Part shown: positions 1-13,964 of the stretch, piece by piece
Position numbering within the stretch: position 1 is the stretch's first letter
Layout: each line of letters opens with the position of its first letter
From: Gemmatimonadota bacterium
GTDB lineage: Bacteria; JBHIER01; G020348925
Assembly: GCA_020348925.1 (NCBI GenBank)
Contig: CP070758.1
Location: 3,859,688 to 3,923,687, forward strand
Direction: 5' to 3'
DNA: 64,000 nucleotides
The notes under the pieces: model-generated
Told to the model about the DNA's origin: nothing
Seen by the model: only the letters and a program-made list of their open reading frames with translations
Databases searched by the model: none
Made by a program: the position numbers and the translations under genes

Positions 1-3000
1 TCGTCATCGACTCCCCGGCGGACCAATCCTCGCCATGCCGTCTGCACCTCAGCGGTGACGTGCTCTGGGTCTCCGGCCGCCTCGAAGACAGGACGGCGCT
101 TGTGCTGCTCCTGGTGATGCGGAAACATGGCGACGAAAAACTCGCTCCAGCCTCCCATGCGCATCCGCACCAGATCGTAGCGCTCCGGAAAGCGCTGCGC
201 CTCCTCCAACGTGCTGGGGTCCGCGCAACTAATCGACATCATGTTCGGGCCGATCTTCCCCTCCGCGAACTGCCGGATCAGTTCCTTGAGTTGTTCAAGG
301 GGAAAGTTCTCCCGGATGTTGATATCGACCGGAGAACCGCACGACAGGCCCACGCCTATGGGATCAGTATGCGCGGGATCGTCGTATGCTGTTTTACCCT
401 CTGCCCAGGAGTGCAGGGATTTTATCGCCACTCGGCCGCGCGCGGGCACGGGGAGATCGAGCGGCGTCGAGGAGGGGCTGAAATCCGACGCCACCGTCTG
501 GCCGTTCCGCCGCCCGTCCGCGGACGCTCCCAGGAAGGAGCCCACACCGGCGTAATCCTCGAAGGTTGCAATGCCCGGGGTGATCACGAACTCAAAAGGG
601 CACTCGTCCGTGCCATAGCGGCCGCGCAGGATCTCCAGCTTTTCGGAAATCGGGTTCTTCGGATTGCGGATCAAGTCGTACGCCATGTCTACCAAATCTC
701 TCACCACCTTACGCGCGAAGCGGTCCACCTCCTCATGTCCCTGACCGAACTTGGACAGTCCCAGGGCATAATTGCGCAAATGTTTGAAGCGCTCGGCCTG
801 CACGGCAATCCGACCCTCACCGATCGTGCTGCTATAGAACGGTTCTTTCATGTCATAGCCCCAGTTGCAAATGAGGCAATTTACCAGCTCTGGCAAGGTG
901 AATACCGCCTCGTTGCTGAAGACCATGTGCCGGATGGCCCACAGCGAGTCGATCGCGGTTGCGATACCACTCATCAACGGCGAAAGCAGTTTATAACGAG
1001 CGCCGCCGGCTGTCAAGTCCCGGCTCCGTTCCAAGCAATCGTCGATCAGCGCTGAGAGTAACGGACTCGGACATACCTTGCTTAGATTGCCATAGCGCGA
1101 AAGCATGCCGTTGTAAAAATCGATCAGCTTGTAACGATAATGCTCGAGGAAAAGCTCGTAGAACGCTTCCCAACTATCGATTTCTTCCGCCGGTTTCGAG
1201 TGGAAAGACGCCTTGAGACCCGTGATGTGGATGGGTCCCGCTGCGGCGTACGTGCGACCTCGGTTGAGGGCCATCTCGATGGCATCTGGAACCGGCACAA
1301 AGGAGAAAGCAAACTCGTTCTTGCCGGCCATGATGGTCTCGAAACATCCATCGCAAACCATGTCGCGGGCATCCGCGAGATCTACAACGGTTCCGGTCTC
1401 GATGATCCCCTCACCACTTCGCAACAGCCCCGCAATGATCTTGTCGTCGTTAATGAGGAAGGGGTGTCCTCCACCGGAAAGGACGCAACGAGCAGCTTCC
1501 TCCAAGACGTCGTCCGGCGTATCGGGGTGAACTCTGAGCGACAGACAAGGCGCGTTCAATGGCAGACGCCGAGCTGCACGGAGGCACATGCGGGTGACCG
1601 CGTTGCACCCGTCCTCCGGGGTCTCGGCGTCGTTTGCCTTGCAGCCCCCTACGGTGATCTGCTGCACCCATTGGTTGAGGGCAGCACCCTGGGGGAAGTC
1701 ACCACCCTCATACGTAATGGCTACGGAGCCGCGGGATAGCCTGTCGTTGAAATGCCGGTGATTCAACAGAACCTGTTCGTCCATCTTGATCCAGAAACAG
1801 TCGATGATTTCCTGGGCCTCGTCCGGTGTGATCCTATCGGCCTCGTAGAAGGGCGCGAGAAGCTGATCCAGTCGACCAATCGACACGGACTCTCCTGCGA
1901 TGTGCATGCAGCAATGCATACTGAATACGAGCTGAGCAGCTTCCACAAAGGTCGTCGGGGATTCGTTCGCGAGCTTCTCCATCCGCTGGGCAATCGACTT
2001 CAGGTTTTCCCTGTCATGCTGGGAGCCGTACCGCATACCAGAGAGTATTCCTCGCACCAGAGCTGCGTAGTTGCGCATATAGGTCTGCACTCCCTCGAGC
2101 GAATAGATGACGGACTGAAAGAACTGCTCCACCTCAGTATCCGACGCGTTGGCGCGGAGGCGCTCTGCTTCGTCGAGGAGACCTCCGATTCCCTTCTCCA
2201 GTAGTCGATGGTAGTTGGGTACGTTGTGGCCTGCCGCACCCCCCTCGCTCAGCTTCATTACGAACGCCTCGGTTCGCTCGTCCTCCTGCAGGTAATGCAT
2301 CACCTCATACCCCGATCCGAGGGTGTAATCCGGCACTACGCCGACGATGATCTCTTTGGGATGGATACGGTATGTGCCGAATCTGCGACCGGGCTCTTCA
2401 CTACTCAACAGTTCCAACGTCTTCTTGACCGCGAGCCCCTTGCGCTCCGCCACGGAAACCTTCAGCAAGTGCTGGTCCTTTTCATCCAGGTAGTCCTTCA
2501 GGTGGCCGAGTTCGGGTGCCGCTCGGCGCCGGTACCAGGTATCGTGCCATCGGCTAAACGTGTATCCCAGAAGCTCGATAACCCGGTCGGTGGGATGCGG
2601 CTTGAGGTCGATGGCGCGGTTGCCCACACGATAGAGATAGTCCTTGGTGTTGTAAAACATCAATCCATTCTCGCTGCGGATATTGAAGAATTCGTTCATC
2701 AGTACGGTCAGAGTGCGATGCGGCGCAGGCAGCTCGAGCTCCAGAGCACTGGGCACGTACCAGTGGTTCCCCAAATCGGCATGCGATACATTGAGGTGGC
2801 GACACTTGATGTAATGTTTCTCGTCTCCAATCATGTTCTGCAATACCTCGACGAAGGTCATAATGCTTTTGGCATAAGAGATTTGATAGATACCGAGTTC
2901 TTTTCCTGGGCCGATTTTCGCCGAACGATCGGGGGGACTTTCTTCCTCAACGCGGTACTTGACTCCGTCCTCGCCATTGTGTCGAACGAGCTTCATGTAG

Positions 3001-3845
3001 CGATGAAAGGGCTGACTCTGCCCCACCAGGCGATAGTTGACCCCGTCCGGGTCATTGACGCGAACCAGCTTGACGTGCGCTCGCTCGTCGTCGTTAACGA
3101 TTATGTTGCCGCCGTGATCGCGGCCAATCAAGTTCTCGAGCTCGCTGTCCGCCATGCCTAATAACTGTTGCCAGTCATGAATAAATCGCTGCGTGAGACA
3201 GAAGCATCCTCCTTTGTGTTGGGGGAACTCGTCCCCGACGATCGCGCGGGCCGAGAAACCCACCGGGTCTACCGACGAAATCAAACCATGGAGCATCCGA
3301 CCACCGTAGATGCGTCCGCTGTGAAGGCTATCTCCAATGGTGCAGTTTGTCTTCTCCTCATCGATGGCGTCGCCAAGTTCGGCCATAACCCTGTCTGCTA
3401 TTTCTTTCGTCTTATCCTCCTGAAGTGACTTGATTTGGAAGAACAGTTCACCGCCGTCGAGGGCGTAGGGCGGCTGATGGTCTGCCAGAACCTGGTGCAA
3501 CACTTCGCGCCCCTCGAACAGTGCATCGTCCAGGGGAATGGCGTTCTCTTCGCTCCACCGACGCCACTGATCGAAGCTGACGCCGGTCACAGCGACCCAC
3601 ATGAAGTCGCTTTCCTCGGCGGAAGCATGGAGATCCGCCGCGAGGTGTTTCATTCTTGAAAAGCTTAGTGCTTCGGGAGATTTGAAATGTACGGTCAGGT
3701 AAGCGGAGTGCTCCGAGACGAAGGGTATTCCTACCTGGGCGTAACGCAGCGCAATATCTTCAAGATCCCCATCCCGGAAGCGGCGGGAAAGAGCGACGGC
3801 CTTTCTCGACCCTGACAATTTGAAAGCCTGATCTGGTGTAAGCAT
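1..3845 (-). CDS. DyP-type peroxidase domain fused to glycyl radical enzyme (PFL-like); 3'-partial, >1281 aa
   Basis: Hand translation shows a stop-free minus-strand frame from ATG 3845 (AGGAGG 9 nt upstream) to the window edge. N-terminal DyP-like motifs: GGCFCLTQRFIHDW, ENLIGR, RAHVK. GRE motifs: SIGRLDQLLAPFY, QITVGG, Cys loop CDGCFET (Cys codon 1344-1346), GASADGRR, Gly loop RYDLVRMRMGGWSEFF (Gly codon 150-152). Confidence 0.88.
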   Translation of the reverse strand, partial: MLTPDQAFKLSGSRKAVALSRRFRDGDLEDIALRYAQVGIPFVSEHSAYLTVHFKSPEALSFSRMKHLAADLHASAEESDFMWVAVTGVSFDQWRRWSEENAIPLDDALFEGREVLHQVLADHQPPYALDGGELFFQIKSLQEDKTKEIADRVMAELGDAIDEEKTNCTIGDSLHSGRIYGGRMLHGLISSVDPVGFSARAIVGDEFPQHKGGCFCLTQRFIHDWQQLLGMADSELENLIGRDHGGNIIVNDDERAHVKLVRVNDPDGVNYRLVGQSQPFHRYMKLVRHNGEDGVKYRVEEESPPDRSAKIGPGKELGIYQISYAKSIMTFVEVLQNMIGDEKHYIKCRHLNVSHADLGNHWYVPSALELELPAPHRTLTVLMNEFFNIRSENGLMFYNTKDYLYRVGNRAIDLKPHPTDRVIELLGYTFSRWHDTWYRRRAAPELGHLKDYLDEKDQHLLKVSVAERKGLAVKKTLELLSSEEPGRRFGTYRIHPKEIIVGVVPDYTLGSGYEVMHYLQEDERTEAFVMKLSEGGAAGHNVPNYHRLLEKGIGGLLDEAERLRANASDTEVEQFFQSVIYSLEGVQTYMRNYAALVRGILSGMRYGSQHDRENLKSIAQRMEKLANESPTTFVEAAQLVFSMHCCMHIAGESVSIGRLDQLLAPFYEADRITPDEAQEIIDCFWIKMDEQVLLNHRHFNDRLSRGSVAITYEGGDFPQGAALNQWVQQITVGGCKANDAETPEDGCNAVTRMCLRAARRLPLNAPCLSLRVHPDTPDDVLEEAARCVLSGGGHPFLINDDKIIAGLLRSGEGIIETGTVVDLADARDMVCDGCFETIMAGKNEFAFSFVPVPDAIEMALNRGRTYAAAGPIHITGLKASFHSKPAEEIDSWEAFYELFLEHYRYKLIDFYNGMLSRYGNLSKVCPSPLLSALIDDCLERSRDLTAGGARYKLLSPLMSGIATAIDSLWAIRHMVFSNEAVFTLPELVNCLICNWGYDMKEPFYSSTIGEGRIAVQAERFKHLRNYALGLSKFGQGHEEVDRFARKVVRDLVDMAYDLIRNPKNPISEKLEILRGRYGTDECPFEFVITPGIATFEDYAGVGSFLGASADGRRNGQTVASDFSPSSTPLDLPVPARGRVAIKSLHSWAEGKTAYDDPAHTDPIGVGLSCGSPVDINIRENFPLEQLKELIRQFAEGKIGPNMMSISCADPSTLEEAQRFPERYDLVRMRMGGWSEFFVAMFPHHQEQHKRRPVFEAAGDPEHVTAEVQTAWRGLVRRGVDD

Positions 3846-3955
3846 CGAAAGATACCTCCTTGCATATTCGTTCAAAATGGGGGGCGATTTTGAGTTTCCA
3901 CAAACGCTTGCAGAAGAACCTGTCATTCTCGACAGGTTTCGAAACTATCAGTAAC

Positions 3956-4306
3956 CTAAGCAGCCGCATTTGAGTCTGGTATCATAAGAAAGAATTGTGC
4001 ACCGTGCTGGAGAGGCCCTCCTAAAACGACGTGTTCCGCGGAGCTGTGTGGGCGAAGGAGATAATAATAACCGGATCCGTCGTGACACAGAGTCCGCATG
4101 TCGTCAGCGGACAGCCGGTGCAAGTAATTGATTGGGAAATCAGGATTGAGAGTATGACAAATCGAGTTCTGAGCACGAGGCTCCCTTTCCCGTTCAAAGA
4201 CGAACCTCTCTGACTCATACACTCTGCGGCGTAATCCAAACCACGCTGTGAACGGCTGGAAATCAAGTGCTTCGAATGGTCCCTGAGAGTTTTTTTCTAC
4301 GTTCAT
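3956..4306 (-). CDS. hypothetical protein (116 aa)
   Basis: ORF fills the gap upstream of the DyP-GRE gene on the same strand. Weak RBS and no recognisable motif. Confidence 0.3.
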   Translation of the reverse strand: MNVEKNSQGPFEALDFQPFTAWFGLRRRVYESERFVFEREREPRAQNSICHTLNPDFPINYLHRLSADDMRTLCHDGSGYYYLLRPHSSAEHVVLGGPLQHGAQFFLMIPDSNAAA

Positions 4307-4440
4307 CTGTCCATCCGTGTCGTAAGCGGTGCAAGGATTCGCTCACCGCCGCGAGTTTGCGAGGGTCTGGTGCACAACAAGGTCGGGCCACGCATCACCA
4401 GATGTACAAGTTTCCACGATGTTTCGCGCGGAAGGATATG

Positions 4441-5079
4441 CTACAATCCCAATTCCTCGCCAACTATTATCACGGTGATGACCGGCTTATAGGTGTCGTT
4501 ATCAAACTGCCTTTCAATGATAACTGTTTTATTACAAATCCTCCATGGAGATGAACAATCAATGCATTCGCCTGTTTCACCACATGGTGGCATCGGATCA
4601 AAATGTGTATGACGTTTCACATTCAAAGGAGCAGCCGTCGTCCTGATCCTTTCCAGCGCCTCTTCGAGGCTCTTCACAATCTTATTTATTCCTACTATTA
4701 TTAGGACCTGGTCCGGCCCGAAGAGCATGGCGGCGACACGGTTCCCAAGGGCATCCACGTTGACAATTTTGCCGTCCAACGTCAGAGCATTCGTACCCGT
4801 CACAAACACGTCGGAAGTCAATGCTCGCTTCTTAAGCCGCATATTGTCTTCAGCGCTGACTCCACTTTGCCATGGGTTCAGGAAAGTATAGTTGCCCTTC
4901 TCCAGAGCATCGACAAGGCCTATTTGCCTTAATGTAACAGAATCGCCAAATCCAACGATACTGCCCTCAGGAATCATTGAAAGAACCTTCTTTAAAGCTT
5001 GTTTCCCATTCTCCACATAGAGGGCCGAAATATTGTTCTGGTTCAATGTTTCAATCAAACTTGGGATTTCTTGTTTCAT
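4441..5079 (-). CDS. LUD-domain (LutC/YkgG-like) protein
   Basis: VGFGDSVTL, DVFVTGTNALTLDGKIVNVDALGNRVAA, IIVGINKIV and C-terminal Cys cluster (PCGETGECIDCSSPWRIC), typical of the LUD family. Confidence 0.85.
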   Translation of the reverse strand: MKQEIPSLIETLNQNNISALYVENGKQALKKVLSMIPEGSIVGFGDSVTLRQIGLVDALEKGNYTFLNPWQSGVSAEDNMRLKKRALTSDVFVTGTNALTLDGKIVNVDALGNRVAAMLFGPDQVLIIVGINKIVKSLEEALERIRTTAAPLNVKRHTHFDPMPPCGETGECIDCSSPWRICNKTVIIERQFDNDTYKPVITVIIVGEELGL

Positions 5080-5684
5080 TGGTTCCTGTCTTTTATCTTA
5101 GACTCATGGGAAGGAAATTCTCATGAACACATGATGTCATTATCACGGTCCAGCGTCACAAAACACCTGCGCGTTCATGCGTCGGGTGAATTTGTTATTG
5201 GGGTCCTCTCCATGTTTTCTTCCGTGTATGTATGTTGCCTCGATAGCTTTCACTTGCGTGTCGCCAATATGATAGTAAGATGCTTGTCCTTCGATACTGC
5301 TGCATCTCCTGAGCCTTCGCCGAGAAATGCTTGATACCCGAGATGTCGAAGAGTACTCGGAGTACAAGAGATCATGACAAACCTGCCTCGAATCGATCCT
5401 TCAACGGCGGTGTTCGAGTAGTACCATCTTCTTCCTCATTAGGAACAAGAATCAGACGGCCTGTGAGCCGAGCGGCCTTTTGCAACCAGTTCGAGAGTTC
5501 CTTGTTGTGAGGAGATCGAATTCCCCAGGTCATCAGTCTTGTCAATGAGGTTCCACGTGCCGTCAATACGAATTCATCGGTAGAGTCTGTCTCCAATCCA
5601 GGGAATGGGCCTATCGTACCAAAGCACCACCGCCTCAATTTGCTCCACCATCCAAAATGTTATTCATTCGTTGAATTTAATCTA

Positions 5685-5713
5685 AGTATATGAAACATTT
5701 TGATAAATGTCAA
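5685..5713 (-). promoter_or_regulatory. sigma70-type promoter
   Basis: Minus strand TTGACA-17 nt-TATACT. Confidence 0.6.
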
Positions 5714-5923
5714 GGAAATTTCTTTCAATGTCGTGAATATTGATGAGGGTTATGACTTCTGTCCTGCATGACTCGCTACTGAGACTCAGAGTCACGGAGA
5801 CACGTAGCAAACAGTCTTTAGCTTTCCATGTCTGGAATCAATGAGGATAAGTGGTGGAAACTCAAACCTATTTTAAAACTCCGCCCTTGCCGACATCAAA
5901 GAAGTGAAGGCAGGAACTAGGCC

Positions 5924-5959
5924 AAAAGGGCGGCTGCAGAGAAAGCCGCCCTTTCTTTT
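5924..5959. terminator. intrinsic terminator after RDD gene (possibly bidirectional)
   Basis: AAAAGGGCGGCT...AGCCGCCCTTTCTTTT inverted repeat with A and T tracts. Confidence 0.75.
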
Positions 5960-5987
5960 GAACGCTGTAAAGAAGAAACAGAATACT

Positions 5988-6563
5988 TTATGATGTAATC
6001 TCGATGACACGCGTCCCGGCGATCTTGTCCCCGATCCGCTCGCCGTTTTCGTCAGTGATGACGAGAATAACCTCGATGATGATGGCAACGAGATACAAAA
6101 CGGCCCCGATGATCCAGCCGACAACAGGAATCACCATGAAAATCATGGGGATTATGAAAGGGAGATTGCGCTTGATCGACAAGACGTAATCACACCGCTG
6201 GCCTGTCTCAACCATGACAGCTCTGAGGTTCAATAACTTTTTACCCAAACTCTGACCGTCAACCGGTTCGAAGGTGAACCCATCGCGCAAAGCCATGTAG
6301 GCAGCCCCAATGAGCCACCCAATGACAGGGATCAGACCGACGATGTAGCTGATGACAATGTCGATAATCGCCGCAACCGCCCTCTTCCCGATGTCGGCTT
6401 TGGCCAGCTCCTGTGGTGGTGTCGGCTCACGATCCCCCTTCTTCTCCGCCGGTTTCATTTCCGCCGGTGCTTCCTCTTTTTTCTGAGACTCTGCAGGACC
6501 CTCTTTCTTTTGAGCGGACTCTGCTGTTTGGGAAGATTCTTCTTTCCGTTCCTCTTCAGCCAT
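5988..6563 (-). CDS. RDD family membrane protein
   Basis: KRAVAAIID, GQSLGKKLLNLRAV and RIGDKIAGTRV motifs. Start moved to ATG 6563 behind AAGGAGG. Confidence 0.88.
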   Translation of the reverse strand: MAEEERKEESSQTAESAQKKEGPAESQKKEEAPAEMKPAEKKGDREPTPPQELAKADIGKRAVAAIIDIVISYIVGLIPVIGWLIGAAYMALRDGFTFEPVDGQSLGKKLLNLRAVMVETGQRCDYVLSIKRNLPFIIPMIFMVIPVVGWIIGAVLYLVAIIIEVILVITDENGERIGDKIAGTRVIEITS

Positions 6564-6610
6564 AACTGTCACCTCCTTAAGAAACTCTGAATAGTGTTAT
6601 TCCTTCCACT

Positions 6611-8371
6611 CTACTCAAACAAATCCACAATTTGAAATGTATTCACATCCACCAGCCCTTGATCCGTCACTTTCAACTCAGGTATGACCGGAAGGGCCAG
6701 AAATGAGAGTGTTGTAAAAGGACTGTCCAATCGAACGCCCAAATCCCTTGCAGCCTGATGCACACGATCGAGCCCCTCGCAGACTGTTTCCAAAGGCTGA
6801 TCGGACATGAGACCGGCCACAGGCAACGGAAGTGACGCTCCAACGTCTCTGTCCGAGACCACCACAAATCCACCACCCATCCTCCCAATCTCTTGGACCG
6901 CTCTGACCATATCACCGTCGTCCACACCGACGACAATAACGTTGTGCGCGTCGTGGGCCACCGACGATGCCAATGCTCCCTTCTTGAGACCGAATCCGTT
7001 TACGAGAGCAAGTCCTATATTGCCCGTTCCACTGTGTCGTTCAATAACAGCTACTTTTAAAACATCCTCCTCCGGATCAGAAACGATTGTTCCAAGTTCC
7101 GTTTTGACATCCTGAACAAGATGTCTCGTAACGATCTGATTCTCGATAAGCCCGATTACTCTTGCCTTTGACCCATTGGCTTCAATTCTGAAGCTGTCCT
7201 CAGAGAGGGGCGGCAGGTGCACGGACTCGAAAACAGTATCGCTGGAATAAAAGGGAATATCACTTTTTATCAGACCTTCTTGAGCGACTATCTGGCCGGA
7301 CTTGAGAACAGTCTCAACATGAAATTCCTTCAGGTCGTCAACGACAACAAGATCGGCAATATAACCGGGTGCCACAGCCCCACGTCTCTTCAAACCGAAA
7401 TATTCCGCCGGATGTAACGTCACGAGTTGGACCGCCATCACAGGATCAAGTCCTAAAGAGACTGCCTTTTGTAGAATGTGGTCCATATGGCCTTCGACCC
7501 GCAGATCTTCCGGATGCCGGTCATCCGTGACGAATAGACAACGCCTCGAAGTGGATGCATTGATAACCGGGAGCAGCTCAGCCAGGTTCTTGGCGGCCGA
7601 TCCCTCTCGAATCATCAGCCGCATCCCCAACCTCAGTTTCGCCTCGGCCTCCTCCCGTGTTGTGCATTCATGATCGGATCCAATTCCCGCTGTGACATAG
7701 GCATTGAGCTCCGGACCCGCAACCCGGGGGGCATGACCATCGATGACGACCCCTGACTTGGAAGAGATCACGAGCTTCCCCAGGACTTCGGGTGTTCCGA
7801 AGATGACGCCGGGAAAATTCATCATCTCCCCCAATCCAAGAACCCGATCGTACTTGAGAGCCTGCGCGATCTCATCCTCCCCCAGGGAAGCGCCGGCCGT
7901 CTCCAGGAGTGTGGCCGGAACGCAGGAGGGAACCATGACGAAAACGTCCAAGGGAATTCCCTCGCTGGCCTTGAGCATATACTCGATTCCGTTTAATCCC
8001 AAGACGTTGGCGATCTCATGAGGATCGATGACGACCGCTGTCGTTCCACGAGGAACAACGGCCCGGGCAAACTCCGACAGCGTCACGTGAGAACTTTCCA
8101 CGTGGACGTGCCCGTCTATGAAGCCTGGTAGTAAATACTTCCCCTGGAGATCGAGAACCTGCTTCCCCTCCGTGTAGGACTCCCCAATGCCGGCTATGAA
8201 AGCACCACTGACGACCACATGGGATTCGCGCACTTCACCGCAAAACACATCAACCAGACGAGCGTTCTTCAACAGAAGATCGCCGGGCTCATCACCGCGT
8301 GCCACGGTGATGCGGCGTTTCAAATCCTCCACAGAAATGTCTGTGCCTGTTCGTTTTCCAGCGGTACTCAT
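6611..8371 (-). CDS. ade: adenine deaminase
   Basis: PGFIDGHVHVESS, GLGEMMNFPGV, DGHAP, SDHEC, IREGSAAKN, TDD and SSVAHDAHN motifs. Confidence 0.95.
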   Translation of the reverse strand: MSTAGKRTGTDISVEDLKRRITVARGDEPGDLLLKNARLVDVFCGEVRESHVVVSGAFIAGIGESYTEGKQVLDLQGKYLLPGFIDGHVHVESSHVTLSEFARAVVPRGTTAVVIDPHEIANVLGLNGIEYMLKASEGIPLDVFVMVPSCVPATLLETAGASLGEDEIAQALKYDRVLGLGEMMNFPGVIFGTPEVLGKLVISSKSGVVIDGHAPRVAGPELNAYVTAGIGSDHECTTREEAEAKLRLGMRLMIREGSAAKNLAELLPVINASTSRRCLFVTDDRHPEDLRVEGHMDHILQKAVSLGLDPVMAVQLVTLHPAEYFGLKRRGAVAPGYIADLVVVDDLKEFHVETVLKSGQIVAQEGLIKSDIPFYSSDTVFESVHLPPLSEDSFRIEANGSKARVIGLIENQIVTRHLVQDVKTELGTIVSDPEEDVLKVAVIERHSGTGNIGLALVNGFGLKKGALASSVAHDAHNVIVVGVDDGDMVRAVQEIGRMGGGFVVVSDRDVGASLPLPVAGLMSDQPLETVCEGLDRVHQAARDLGVRLDSPFTTLSFLALPVIPELKVTDQGLVDVNTFQIVDLFE

Positions 8372-8378
8372 CGCTCCC

Positions 8379-9677
<1,299 letters not shown>

Positions 9678-10214
9678 TCAATCAATATGATTTTTTAATT
9701 CTATATACCCAATGTACGGTAAATTCCTAAATTGCTCATCGTAATCCAGGCCATATCCGACGAGAAATCGATCCGGGACTGTCATTCCAAGGTAGTCTAT
9801 GTTGACCTCTGCGGCATGCCGATCGGGTTTGTCCAGAAGGACGCACGTTTTTAAGCTCTGCGGCTTTCGCTCCCATAACGTCTCCAGAAGAAATTGCAGA
9901 GACAAACCCGTGTCAACGATATCCTCGACAAGAAGAACCTCTTTGCCCTCTATCGAGTCTCTCAGATCTGAGACAAGGGTTATTGTTCCCGAACTCTCCG
10001 TCCCGGATCCGTAACTGGCCACGGCGATGAAATCGGTCTTCACCGGAATGGTCAGGCGACGGACAAGGTCGGCCATAAATATCCAGGCGCCTTTAAGCAC
10101 GCCGACAACATGGAGAACCTTGCCGTCATACTCTGACGAGATCTGTCGCCCAAGCTCCCTCACCGTGCCGTGTATCTCGTCCTCAGAGATCAGAGGAATA
10201 ACGTTACCGTTCAC
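9678..10214 (-). CDS. hpt: hypoxanthine phosphoribosyltransferase
   Basis: GVLKGAWIFMADL, SYGSGT, VLLVEDIVDTGLSL and VGYGLDY motifs. GTG start at 10214 inferred. Confidence 0.95.
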   Translation of the reverse strand: MNGNVIPLISEDEIHGTVRELGRQISSEYDGKVLHVVGVLKGAWIFMADLVRRLTIPVKTDFIAVASYGSGTESSGTITLVSDLRDSIEGKEVLLVEDIVDTGLSLQFLLETLWERKPQSLKTCVLLDKPDRHAAEVNIDYLGMTVPDRFLVGYGLDYDEQFRNLPYIGYIELKNHID

Positions 10215-10647
10215 TGGGATGCCTCTTCTCCACATTATCCGGGTCAAAGACGAAGGGTTTATAAAGTCGCATGCGGACCGGCTTTCCATCAAGGATGGCG
10301 GGCGTGAATTTCAACTGCCGGGCTGCATTCAAAGCAGCCTGATCAAGACTTGTCACACCGCAGCTGACCGACACCTCTGCCTCCTCAACAAGACCCTCCT
10401 TGCTCAGAATCATCTTGATATGAACGGTTCCCCCGATTCCCGCATCCAACGCCTCCTTGGGATACTGAACTTCCAGCGGATTAATCTGCCGCGGCATCTC
10501 GTCCACAATATGGTAGAGACTATCGGAATCACCCGCAGGAGGCGTGTGAGACTCCGAAACGTCATCTGTTTTCGACCGTCTGCCGAAGTACAACCCCGCT
10601 GTGGCCAGCACGACCAACGCCAACATGCTCCAAAGAATTCTTTTCAC
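10204..10647 (-). CDS. short energy transducer TonB-family protein
   Basis: N-terminal TM anchor, then YPKEA...G.GTV...LDQAALNAARQLKFTPA..DGKPV (TonB C-terminal domain). GTG start at 10647 inferred from RBS. Confidence 0.85.
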   Translation of the reverse strand: MKRILWSMLALVVLATAGLYFGRRSKTDDVSESHTPPAGDSDSLYHIVDEMPRQINPLEVQYPKEALDAGIGGTVHIKMILSKEGLVEEAEVSVSCGVTSLDQAALNAARQLKFTPAILDGKPVRMRLYKPFVFDPDNVEKRHPSER

Positions 10648-10705
10648 GTATCTCTCCCCCCCTATGGACTGCATTCAGACATAATGGATCCCGACCAAAC
10701 ATTTC

Positions 10706-10734
10706 ATGTTAACATAAAAAATGTGAATTGTCAA
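10706..10734 (-). promoter_or_regulatory. sigma70-type promoter for tonB-hpt-purA-ade
   Basis: TTGACA-17 nt-TAACAT. The -10 lies within the palindrome ATGTTAACAT (10706-10715). Confidence 0.55.
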
Positions 10735-10836
10735 GAAAAAAGTGTCGATCGACACATTTTTCCCTTCGAAAAATTCGCTCATACTTCACATGCTTCCCTG
10801 CAACCAATTTGATAGAGGTCGGCTTGCGTTGCTCTC

Positions 10837-13960
<3,124 letters not shown>

Positions 13961-13964
<4 letters not shown>

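Noticed and set aside
60-3659. Long plus-strand ORFs (60-1055, 1140-1739, 1752-2204, 2208-3161 and others)
   Set aside because: Antisense shadows of the DyP-GRE gene; no motifs, while the minus frame has an RBS and conserved motifs.
4310-4440. Possible attC-like site between the LUD gene and the 116-aa ORF
   Set aside because: Only a GTT-like half site; no matching inverse core or palindrome.
5372-5650. 88-aa ORF and a faint ParE/RelE-like fragment (EAVVLWYDRPIPWIGDR) in an overlapping frame
   Set aside because: Too short and degenerate to support; no antitoxin evident.
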